A stretch of 64,000 bases of DNA. Origin: Eledone cirrhosa (Eukaryota). A program made the position numbers and the translations under genes. Positions 53,911 to 64,000 of this stretch are shown here, in pieces. Each line of letters starts with the position of its first letter. The first letter of the stretch is position 1. The DNA lies in contig OZ024740.1 in assembly GCA_964016885.1 (NCBI GenBank), forward strand, positions 19,592,001-19,656,000, given 5' to 3'. Under the pieces are notes generated by a model. The model was not told the origin of the DNA. It ran no database searches and worked only from the letters and a program-made list of their open reading frames with translations.

Positions 53911-54459
53911 TCTAAACTATAATAAAGGGAGGAGTGCGGGACAGCGTCCATTTTATATTTTTCTATCCCGTGAGTAAAATAAGTTGGATTACTTTGAATA
54001 AATAATGACTGAATGTTATGTAATTTATCTACTAAATTTCGTAGCTGTTGATTAAACATAAATATTCTTATATATAAAGTTTTACTTATTTTAACATTCA
54101 CTCCGGTTAGCGCCCATTATATAACACTCATCACATCACTTATATAAACGTTCGTATATTTGCATCGTTATATAAGGTTTATATTTCCGTCGCTAATTTT
54201 CTCCTTTTTCATTTTCATAACATTTTAGTTTATCATATATGCAGTTTATATATAATATCGTCTTTTTTTAATGTATCGTGGATTACTTTACTGATTACAG
54301 AAGACAGTGTAACACAGACTTCGTTCAATTTCTGTGTATATTGTCAATTACGATTTTATTTGACGTATCATATTTACATTCATATATACTTGCGTATAAT
54401 ATCAATATACACACTACACATGCTAGCAGAAAACCACCCGACGGGTGATTTTTTGCTAG
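53911..54459 (+). mobile_element. Putative non-autonomous Helitron
   Basis: A|TCTAAACTATAATAAAG start; hairpin CACCCG-A-CGGGTG 8 nt before CTAG|T. Confidence 0.45.
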
Positions 54460-54704
54460 TATCTATAATTCGGAGAGCCAGCATTTCCACGTGTCTTTGG
54501 AATGCTCAGCCATTTGCATGTTAATTTCATTGGCAGGTTATCCTATTAATTGAATCAACGGGAACACCGGGTGGTCGGAAACGACAGAAGTACAATTACA
54601 ACAATAATTTGTAACTAAATATCAACTACTTTTCCAGCTTGTGGCGTTCGGGAGGTTTGGTGGAGCTGGGCCGCTAACAACGAAGGTCTTGTCATTGCTA
54701 GTGG

Positions 54705-55290
54705 CTCGCCTTACCAAGGTGTCAGGTGATGCCAGTGAGGGTGTTTGGTTGTTTCAGCACCTTAGCCTCGCCATCAGCCAGTCTTACTAAGGTATCTGGT
54801 GATGCCTGTAGGGGTGCTTGGTTGTTTCGACACCTTAGCCTCGCCATCAGCCAGTCTTACTAAGGTATCTGGTTATGCCTGTAGGGGTGCTTGGTTGTTT
54901 CGACACCTTAGCCTCGCCATCAGCCAGTCTTACTAAGGTATCTGGTTATGCCTGTAGGGGTGCTTGGTTGTTTCGACACCTTAGCCTCGCCATCAGCCAG
55001 TCTTACTAAGGTATCTGGTTATGCCTGTAGGGGTGCTTGGTTGTTTCGACACCTTAGCCTCGCCATCAGCCAGCCTTACTGAAGTATCTGGTGATGCCTG
55101 TAGGGGTACTTGGTTGTTTCAGCACCTTAGCCTCGCCATCGCCCCGCCTTACTGAGTATCAGGTAATATCCCTGGTGAGGGTGCTTAGTTGTTTCAGCAC
55201 CTTAGCCTCGCTATCACCCAGTCTTACTGAGGTATCTGGTGATGCCAGAGGGGGTACTTGGTTGTTTCAGCCTCGCCATCAGCCGTGCTA
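54705..55290. repeat. 73-bp minisatellite (~8 copies)
   Basis: cagccag anchors at 54775, 54848, 54921, 54994 and 55067. Confidence 0.92.
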
Positions 55291-55419
55291 ATGCTACCAG
55301 CCTGTTGGCTCACCTCAAATATTCCCAATGACCATTGTGGCGTCTGACCAATTGAATTGATGGGTTTGTTCTGACTTTAATTATATATATTTCTATAATA
55401 TATTCCTAAGGTTCCTAGC

Positions 55420-55680
55420 AACAGGGGCCAAACTCCTCAAATACCGGTCGCTCTCCGACAGGTTTTCGGTCGTTCCCCTGGCAGTGGAGACTTCTGGTGT
55501 CCTCGGCCCCAGGGCTACCTCCTTACTCACCACCATAGGCGCTGAGCTGGCCAGCCGCAGGTGTGAGCCCCGCGAGTTGGAGTGGCTTTTCCAGCGCGTC
55601 TCCCTTGCCGTCCTCCGGGGAAACGCCTTCTCCATTCTGGCCGCCGGGGCTGTGGGTGGGCCCCATCGCGTACCAATACA
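55420..55680 (+). mobile_element. CRE-clade non-LTR retrotransposon 3' RLE fragment
   Basis: KLLKYRSL..RFSVVPLAVETSG.LG...LFQRVSLAVLRGNAFSIL. Confidence 0.75.
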
Positions 55681-56197
55681 TTAGTTAAATACCATTCTTT
55701 CATCTGATACAACACAATAAAGACTAAAGTGTTTAAAAAAAATAAAAAAAATTTATGTTGAAATTAATTGATTGTATCTCTGTACTTCTGTTTCACCTTA
55801 TATATTGGTTACATTGTTTTACAATAATAAGTGATCGTGTAGCGTATGACTTAGTCAAGATGAGGACCAGTGCCAATTTTCTGGGCATGTATCGATTTCA
55901 CCACTTCGAGATTAGTGAGATCGATAGGGTGAGGGACAGGTTGAATGTCTGCTGATAAAACGTTGTGAGAAGGGGATTTCAAACAATTGATTCTATAGGA
56001 AGGAAGGAAGGAAGGAAGAGATGCGGGGAGGTGGGGAGGGGAGGAAGAGGGGAGGGAAGGGGAGGCAGAGAGGAAGAAAGGGAGTGGGTTGGAAGGAAAG
56101 ATTAGGTAAAGGTGGTACCTGTAGAGCCTGGAGGGAGTGAAACTTAATCTGGGTAATGTGGGGCTTCGTCATAAAGTAAACATACTATAGCTTAAAG

Positions 56198-56602
56198 CAG
56201 TTATGGGCAAACAGCGAGTCACATGGGGCCCATTTGGTTTTCTGAATAGCACGACTAATTTCAAAATTGCCTTCAATGTTTTAGTAATTCGGCCCGCCAC
56301 ATGTTGAACCACATCATATGCGGCCCGCCACATGTTGGACCACATCCTATACGACCCGCCACATGTTGAACCACATACTATGCGGCCCGCCACATGTTGA
56401 ACCACATCATATGCGGCCCGCTACATGTTGGACCACATCCTATACGACCCGCCACATGTTGAACCACATCCTATGCGGCCCGCCACATCTTGAACCACAT
56501 CCTATGTGGCCCGCCACATGTTGAACCACGTCATATGCGGCCCGCCACATCTTGAACCACGTCCTATTCGGCCCATTTTACGAGAAAGGTTGACCATGCC
56601 TG
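56198..56602. mobile_element. hAT (Charlie/Buster-like) MITE with an internal 31-bp minisatellite
   Basis: TIRs CAGTTATGGGCAAAC / GGTTGACCATGCCTG; 8-bp TSD gcttaaag / gattaaag; ~9 units of tgcggcccgccacatgttgaaccacatccta at 56289-56575. Confidence 0.78.
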
Positions 56603-56757
56603 GATTAAAGCCTCAAAATAATTAAATGTTCAACTTTCGTGAGTCCTTCGGCGTAAATCTTTTAAATAATTATAAGGTTCATAGCTATAATCAGTTCATT
56701 AAATCTATGTACTTCTAATTGATATTATATATTTGTTATATGATAAAAAAAAGTTAT

Positions 56758-57015
56758 AGTAATGAAAATTATTGTGTACAGTGCTCAGGTGCACTACAAC
56801 ACATCAAAGGTGCATGTATAGTACATAGAATAGTGTACAAATGTCGGGAAATCGAACAGTATATGAGTCATGATATACACACAGATACATGCGTGTGTGT
56901 GTATGGAGGTGGTATATCAGGTGTAGTGTTGGCGAATTTCAGAAAGCATGGAAGTTTTGAAGGATGCAGTGTCCTCCGGACACCTAAAAACAAATGCAGG
57001 TAGTTTGTTCCATGG
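56758..57015 (-). mobile_element. CR1-like LINE 3' end abutting the satellite
   Basis: Homologous to 52887-53180; WNKLPAFVFRCPEDTASFKTSMLSEIRQHYT*. Confidence 0.8.
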
Positions 57016-57026
57016 AAGGTTTGAAG

Positions 57027-60000
57027 GATTCAGTGTCACAACAGCTAACAACTGATGCAGTGTCCTCTCGACAGCTAACAACTGATGCAGTGTCCTCTCG
57101 ACAGCTAACAACTGATGCAGTGTCTCGACAGCTAACAACTGATGCAGTGTCCTCTCGACAGATAACAACTGAAGCAGTGTCCTCTCAACAGCTAACAACT
57201 GATGCAGTGTCCTCTCGACAGCTAACAACTGATGCAGTGTCTCGACAGCTAACAACTGATGCAGTGTCCTCTCGATAGCTGACAACTGATGCAGTGTCCA
57301 CCCGACAGCTAACAACTGATGCAGTGTCCTCTCGACAGCTAACAACTGATGCAGTGTCCCGACAGCTAACAACGGATGCAGTGTCTCGACAGCTAACAAC
57401 TGATGCAGTGTCCTCTCGACAGCTAACAACTGATGCAGTGTCCTCTCGACAGATAACAAATGATGCAGTGTCCTCCCGACAGCTAACAACTGATGCAGTG
57501 TCCCGACAGCTAACAACGGATGCAGTGGCCTCTCGACAGCTAACAACTGATGCAGTGTCCTCTCGACAGCTAACAACTGATGCAGTGTCTCGACAGCTAA
57601 CAACTGATGCAGTGTCTCGACAGCCAACAACTGATGCAGTGTCTCGACAGCTAACAACTTATGCAGTGTCTTCTCGACAGCTAACAACTGATGCAGTGTC
57701 CTCTCGACAGCTAACAACTGATGCAGTGTCCTCTCGACAGCTAACAACTGATGCAGTGCCCGCTCGAACTCTAACAACTGATGCTGTGTCCCAACAGCTA
57801 ACAACTGATGCAGTGTCTCGACAGCTAACAACTGATGCAGTGTCTCGACAGCTAACAACTGATGCAGTGTCTTCTCGACAGCTAACAACTGATGCAGTGT
57901 CCCGACAGCTAACAACTGATGCAGTGTCCTCTCGACAGCTAACAACTGATGCAGTGTCCCGACAGCTAACAACTGATGCAGTGTCCTCTCGACAGCTAAC
58001 AACTGATGCAGTGTCCTCTCGACAGCTAACAACTGATGCAGTGTCTCAAGAGCTAACAACTGATGCAGTGTCTCGACAGCTAACAACTGATGCAGTGTCC
58101 TGACAGCTGACAACTGATGCAGTGTCTCGACAGCTAACAAATGATGCAGTGTCCTCTCGACAGCTAACAACTGATGCAGTGTCTCGACAGCTAACAACTG
58201 ATGCAGTGTCTCGACAGCTAACAACTGATGCAGTGTCCCGACAGCTAACAACTGATGCAGTGTCCTCTCGACAGCTAACAACTGATGCAGTGTCCCGACA
58301 GCTGACAACTGATGCAGTGTCCTCTCGACAGCTAACAACTGATGCAGTATCCTCTCGACAGCTAACAATTGATGCAGTGTCTCAAGAGCTAACAACTGAT
58401 GCAGTGTCCCGACAGCTAACAACTGATGCAGTGTCCTCTCGACAGCTAACAACTGATGCAGTGTCTCGACAGCTAACAACTGATGCAGTGTCCTGACAGC
58501 TGACAACTGATGCAGTGTCCTCTCGACAGCTAACAACTGATGCAGTATCCTCTCGACAGCTAACAACTGATGCAGTGTCCCAACAGCTAACAACTGATGC
58601 AGTGTCTCGACAGCTAACAACTGATGCAGTGTCCTCTCGACAGCTAACAACTGATGTAGTGTCCTCTCGACAGCTAACAACTGATGCAGTGTCTCGACAG
58701 CTAACAACTGATGCAGTGTCTCGACAGCTAACAACTGATGCAGTGTCTCGACAGCTAACAACTGTTGCAGTGTCCTCTCGACAGTTAACAACTGATGCAG
58801 TGTCCTCTCGACAGCTAACAACTGATGCAGTGTCTCGACAGCTAACAACTTATGCAGTGTCCCGACAGCTATCAACTGATGCAGTGTCCTCTCGACAGCT
58901 AACAACTGATGCAGTGTCTCGACAGCTAACAACTGATGCAGTGTCCTCTCGACAGCTAACAACTGATGCTGTGTCCCAACAGCTAACAACTGATGCAGTG
59001 TCCTCTCGACAGCTAACAACTGATGCAGTGATTCGACATCTAACAACTGATGCAGTGTCCTCTCGACAGCTAACAACTGATGCAGTGTCCCGACAGCTAA
59101 CAACTGATGCAGTGTCCTCTCGACAGCTAACAACTGATGCAGTGTCCTCTCGACAGCTAACAACTGATGCAGTGTCCCGACAGCTAACAACTGATGCAGT
59201 GTCTCGACATCTAACAACAGATGCAGTGTCCCGACAGCTAACAACTGATACAGTGTCCCGACAGCTAACATCTGATGCAGTGTCCTCTCGACAGCTAACA
59301 ACTGATGCAGTGTCCTCTCGACAGCTAACAATTGATGCAGTGTCTCGACAGCTAACAACTGATGCAGTGTCTCGACAGATAACAATAGATGCAGTGTCCT
59401 TCCGACAGCTAACAACTGATGCAGTGTCCTCTCGACAGCTAACAACTGATGCAGTGTACTCTCGACAGCTAACAATTGATGCAGTGTCTCGACAGCTAAC
59501 AACTGATGCAGTGTCTCGACAGCTAACAATAGATGCAGTGTCCTTCCGACAGCTAACAACTGATGCAGTGTCCTCTCGACAGCTAACAACTGATGCAGTG
59601 TCCCGACAGCTAACAACTGATGCAGTGTCCTCTCGACAGCTAACAACCGATGCAGTGTCCTCTCGACAGCTAACAACTGATGCAGTGTCCCGACAGCTAA
59701 CAACTGATGCAGTGTCCTCTCGACAGATAACAACTGATGCAGTGTCCCGACAGCTAACAACTGATGCAGTGTCCCGACAGCTAACAACTGATGCAGTGTC
59801 TCGACAGCTAAGAAATGATGCAGTGATTCGACAGCTAACAACTGATGGAGTGTCTCGACAGCTAACAACTGATGCAGTGTCTCGACAGCTAACAACTGAT
59901 GCAGTGTCCTTCCGACAGCTAACAACTGATGCAGTGTCCTCTCGACAGGTAACAACTGATGCAGTGATTCGACATCTAACAAGTGATGCAGTGTCCTCTC

Positions 60001-63000
60001 GACAGCTAACAACTGATGCAGTGATTCGACAGCTAACAACTGATGCAGTGTCCTCAGGACAGCTAACGATTAAAGCAGTGATTCGACATCTAACAACTGA
60101 TACAGTGTCCTCTCGACAGCTAACAACTGATGCAGTGCTCAGACAGCTAACAACTGATGCAGTGTCCTCTCGACAGCTAACAACTGATGCTGTGTCCCAA
60201 CAGCTAACAACTGATGCAGTGTCCTCTCGACAGCTAACAACTGATGCAGTGTCCTCGCGACAGCTAACAACTGATGCAGTGTCCTCTCGACAGCTAACAA
60301 CTGATGCAGTGTCCCGACAGCTAACAACTGATGCAGTGTCCTCTCGACAGCTAACAACTGATGCAGTGTCCTCTCGACAGCTAACAACTGATGCAGTGTC
60401 CCGACAGCTAACAACTGATGCAGTGTCTCGACATCTAACAACTGATGCAGTGTCCCGACAGCTAACAACTGATACAGTGTCCCGACAGCTAACAACTGAT
60501 CCAGTGTCCTCTCGACAGTTAACAACTGATGCAGTGTCCTCTCGACAGCTAACAATTGATGCAGTGTCTCGACAGCTAACAATAGATGCAGTGTCCTTCC
60601 GACAGCTAACAACTGATGCAGTGTCCTCTCGACAGCTAACAACTGATGCAGTGTCCTCTCGACAGCTAACAACTGATGCAGTGTCTCGACAGCTAACAAC
60701 TGATGCAGTGTCCTCTCGATAGCTGACAACTGATGCAGTGTCCACCCGACAGCTAACAACTGATGCAGTGTCCTCTCGACAGCTAACAACTGATGCAGTG
60801 TCCCGACAACTAACAACGGATGCAGTGTCTCGACAGCTAACAACTGATGCAGTGTCCTCTCGACAGCTAACAACTGATGCAGTGTCCTCTCGACAGATAA
60901 CAAATGATGCAGTGTCCTCTCGACAGCTAACAACTGATGCAGTGTCCCGACAGCTAACAACGGATGCAGTGTCCTCTCGACAGCTAACAACTGATGCAGT
61001 GTCTCGACAGCTAACAACTGATGCAGTGTCTCGACAGCCAACAACTGATGCAGTGTCTCGACAGCTAACAACTTATGCAGTGTCTTCTCGACAGCTAACA
61101 ACTGATGCAGTGTCCTCTCGACAGCTAACAACTGATGCAGTGCCCGCTCGAACTCTAACAACTGATGCTGTGTCCCAACAGCTAACAACTGATGCAGTGT
61201 CTCGACAGCTAACAACTGATGCAGTGTCTCGACAGCTAACAACTGAAGCAGTGTCCTCTCGACAGCTAACAACTGATGCAGTGTCCCGACAGCTAACAAC
61301 TGATGCAGTGTCCTCTCGACAGTTAACAACTGATGCAGTGTCCCGACAGCTAACAACTGATGCAGTGTCCTCTCGACAGCTAACAACTGATGCAGTGTCC
61401 TCTCGACAGCTAACAACTGATGCAGTGTCTCAAGAGCTAACAACTGATGCAGTGTCTCGACAGCTAACAACTGATGCAGTGTCCTGACAGCTGACAACTG
61501 ATGCAGTGTCTCGACAGCTAACAAATGATGCAGTGTCCTCTCGACAGCTAACAACTGATGCAGTGTCTCGACAGCTAACAACTGATGCAGTGTCTCGACA
61601 GCTAACAACTGATGCAGTGTCCCGACAGCTAACAACTGATGCAGTGTCCTCTCGACAGCTAACAACTGTTGCAGTGTCCTCTCGACAGCTAACAACTGAT
61701 GCAGTGTCCCGACAGCTAACAACTGATGCAGTGTCTCGACATCTAACAACTGATGCAGTGTCCCGACAGCTAACAACTGATACAGTGTCCCGACAGCTAA
61801 CAACTGATGCAGTGTCCTCTCGACAGCTAACAACTGATGCAGTGTCCTCTCGACAGCTAACAATTGATGCAGTGTCTCGACAGCTAACAACTGATGCAGT
61901 GTCTCGACAGCTAACAATAGATGCAGTGTCCTTCCGACAGCTAACAACTGATGCAGTGTCCTCTCGACAGCTAACAACTGATGCAGTGTCCTCTCGACAG
62001 CTAACAATTGATGCAGTGTCTCGACAGCTAACAACTGATGCAGTGTCTCGACAGCTAACAATAGATGCAGTGTCCTTCCGACAGCTAACAACTGATGCAG
62101 TGTCCTCTCGACAGCTAACAACTGATGCAGTGTCCCGACAGCTAACAACTGATGCAGTGTCCTCTCGACAGCTAACAACCGATGCAGTGTCCTCTCGACA
62201 GCTAACAACTGATGCAGTGTCCCGACAGCTAACAACTGATGCAGTGTCCTCTCGACAGATAACAACTGATGCAGTGTCCCGACAGCTAACAACTGATGCA
62301 GTGTCCCGACAGCTAACAACTGATGCAGTGTCTCGACAGCTAAGAAATGATGCAGTGATTCGACAGCTAACAAATGATGGAGTGTCTCGACAGCTAACAA
62401 CTGATGCAGTGTCTCGACAGCTAACAACTGATGCAGTGTCCTTCCGACAGCTAACAACTGATGAAGTGTCCTCTCGACAGGTAACAACTGATGCAGTGAT
62501 TCGACATCTAACAAGTGATGCAGTGTCCTCTCGACAGCTAACAACTGATGCAGTGTCCTCAGGACAGCTAACGACTAAAGCAATGATTCGACATCTAACA
62601 ACTGATACAGTGTCCTCTCGACAGCTAACAACTGATGCAGTACTCAGACAGCTAACAACTGATGCAGTGTCCTCTCGACAGCTAACAACTGATGCTGTGT
62701 CCCAACAGCTAACAACTGATGCAGTGTCCTCTCGACAGCTAACAACTGATGCAGTGATTCGACATCTAACAACTGATGCAGTGTCCTCTCGACAGCTAAC
62801 AACTGATGCAGTGTCCCGACAGCTAACAACTGATGCAGTGTCCTCTCGACAGCTAACAACTGATGCAGTGTCCTCTCGACAGCTAACAACTGATGCAGTG
62901 TCCCGACAGCTAACAACTGATGCAGTGTCTCGACATCTAACAACTGATGAAGTGTCCCGACAGATAACAACTGATACAGTGTCCCGACAGCTAACAACTG

Positions 63001-64000
63001 ATGCAGTGTCCTCTCGAGAGCTAACAACTGATGCAGTGTCCTCTCGACAGCTAACAATTGATGCAGTGTCTCGACAGCTAACAATAGATGCAGTGTCCTT
63101 CCGACAGCTAACAACTGATGCAGTGTCCTCTCGACAGCTAACAACCGATGCAGTGTCCTCTCGACAGCTAACAACTGATGCAGTGTCCCGACAGCTAACA
63201 ACTGATGCAGTGTCCTCTCGACAGATAACAACTGATGCAGTGTCCCGACAGCTAACAACTGATGCAGTGTCCCGACAGCTAACAACTGATGCAGTGTCTC
63301 GACAGCTAAGAAATGATGCAGTGATTCGACAGCTAACAACTGATGGAGTGTCTCGACAGCTAACAACTGATGCAGTGTCTCGACAGCTAACAACTGATGC
63401 AGTGTCCTTCCGACAGCTAACAACTGATGCAGTGTCCTCTCGACAGGTAACAACTGATGCAGTGATTCGACATCTAACAAGTGATGCAGTGTCCTCTCGA
63501 CAGCTAACAACTGATGCTGTGATTCGACAGCTAACAACTGATGCAGTGTCCTCAGGACAGCTAACAACTAAAGCAGTGATTCGACATCTAACAACTGATA
63601 CAGTGTCCTCCCGACAGCTAACAACTGATGCAGTGCTCAGACAGCTAACAACTGATGCAGTGTCCTCGCGACAGCTAACAACTGATGCAGTGTCCCGACA
63701 GCTAAAAACTGATGCAGTGTCTCGACAGCTAACAACTGATGCAGTGTCCTCTCGACAGCTAACAAAATATGCAGTTTCCTCTCGACAGCTAACACCTGAT
63801 GCAGTGTCCTTTCGACAACTAACAACTGATGCAGTGTCCTCTTGACAGCTAACAAAATATGCAGTTTCTTCTCGACAGCTAACAACTGATGCAGTGTCCT
63901 CCCGACAGATAACAACTGATGCAGTGTCCTCTCGACAGCTAACAACTGATGCAGTGTTCCGACAGCTAACAACTGATGCAGTGTCCCCTCGACAGCTAAC
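57027..64000. repeat. 27/30-bp satellite GATGCAGTGT(CCT)CTCGACAGCTAACAACT derived from CR1 ORF2
   Basis: Unit is identical to the CR1 segment at 53101-53130; variant blocks recur at ~3.4, ~2.5 and ~1 kb offsets. Confidence 0.96.

Noticed and set aside
54705-55290. 73-bp repeat as a CRISPR array or tandem hammerhead (minus-strand CTGATGG..GAAA)
   Set aside because: No unique spacers or cas genes; the core lacks A9 and stems I/III do not form.
56917-63972. ORFs of 600-1040 aa (TLHQLLAVER / RQLTTDAVSS repeats)
   Set aside because: Units of 27 and 30 bp are multiples of 3 and stop-free in several frames on both strands; the sequence derives from CR1 and scattered stops show no frame preference.

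Overview
Repeat-only metazoan window with no supportable host gene; the SINE families resemble octopus/cephalopod repeats (recognition from memory, unverified). Layout: a 16-bp satellite with higher-order blocks (1-20 kb); microsatellites (22-26 kb); a (TA)n-embedded cluster of Penelope-like element (PLE) material (26-37.7 kb and 46.8-49.9 kb); a (CATA)n/(TAA)n nest of RTE and R4/Dong LINE pieces (37.7-46.4 kb); decayed LINEs, SINEs and MITEs; and a 27/30-bp satellite grown from a CR1 ORF2 3' end (57-64 kb). The main signal is about 25 type I hammerhead ribozyme (HHR) motifs in about 9 unrelated sequence families, all found by manual folding. They include a near-complete Naiad-type PLE with an HHR in each pseudo-LTR, non-coding 420-nt and 595-nt HHR-bearing tandem/foldback units (retrozyme-like), and three unrelated families with a compensatory U3-A8 core (UUGAUAA instead of CUGAUGA). 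Cleavage activity is inferred, not shown. The long ORFs in both satellites are repeat artefacts.
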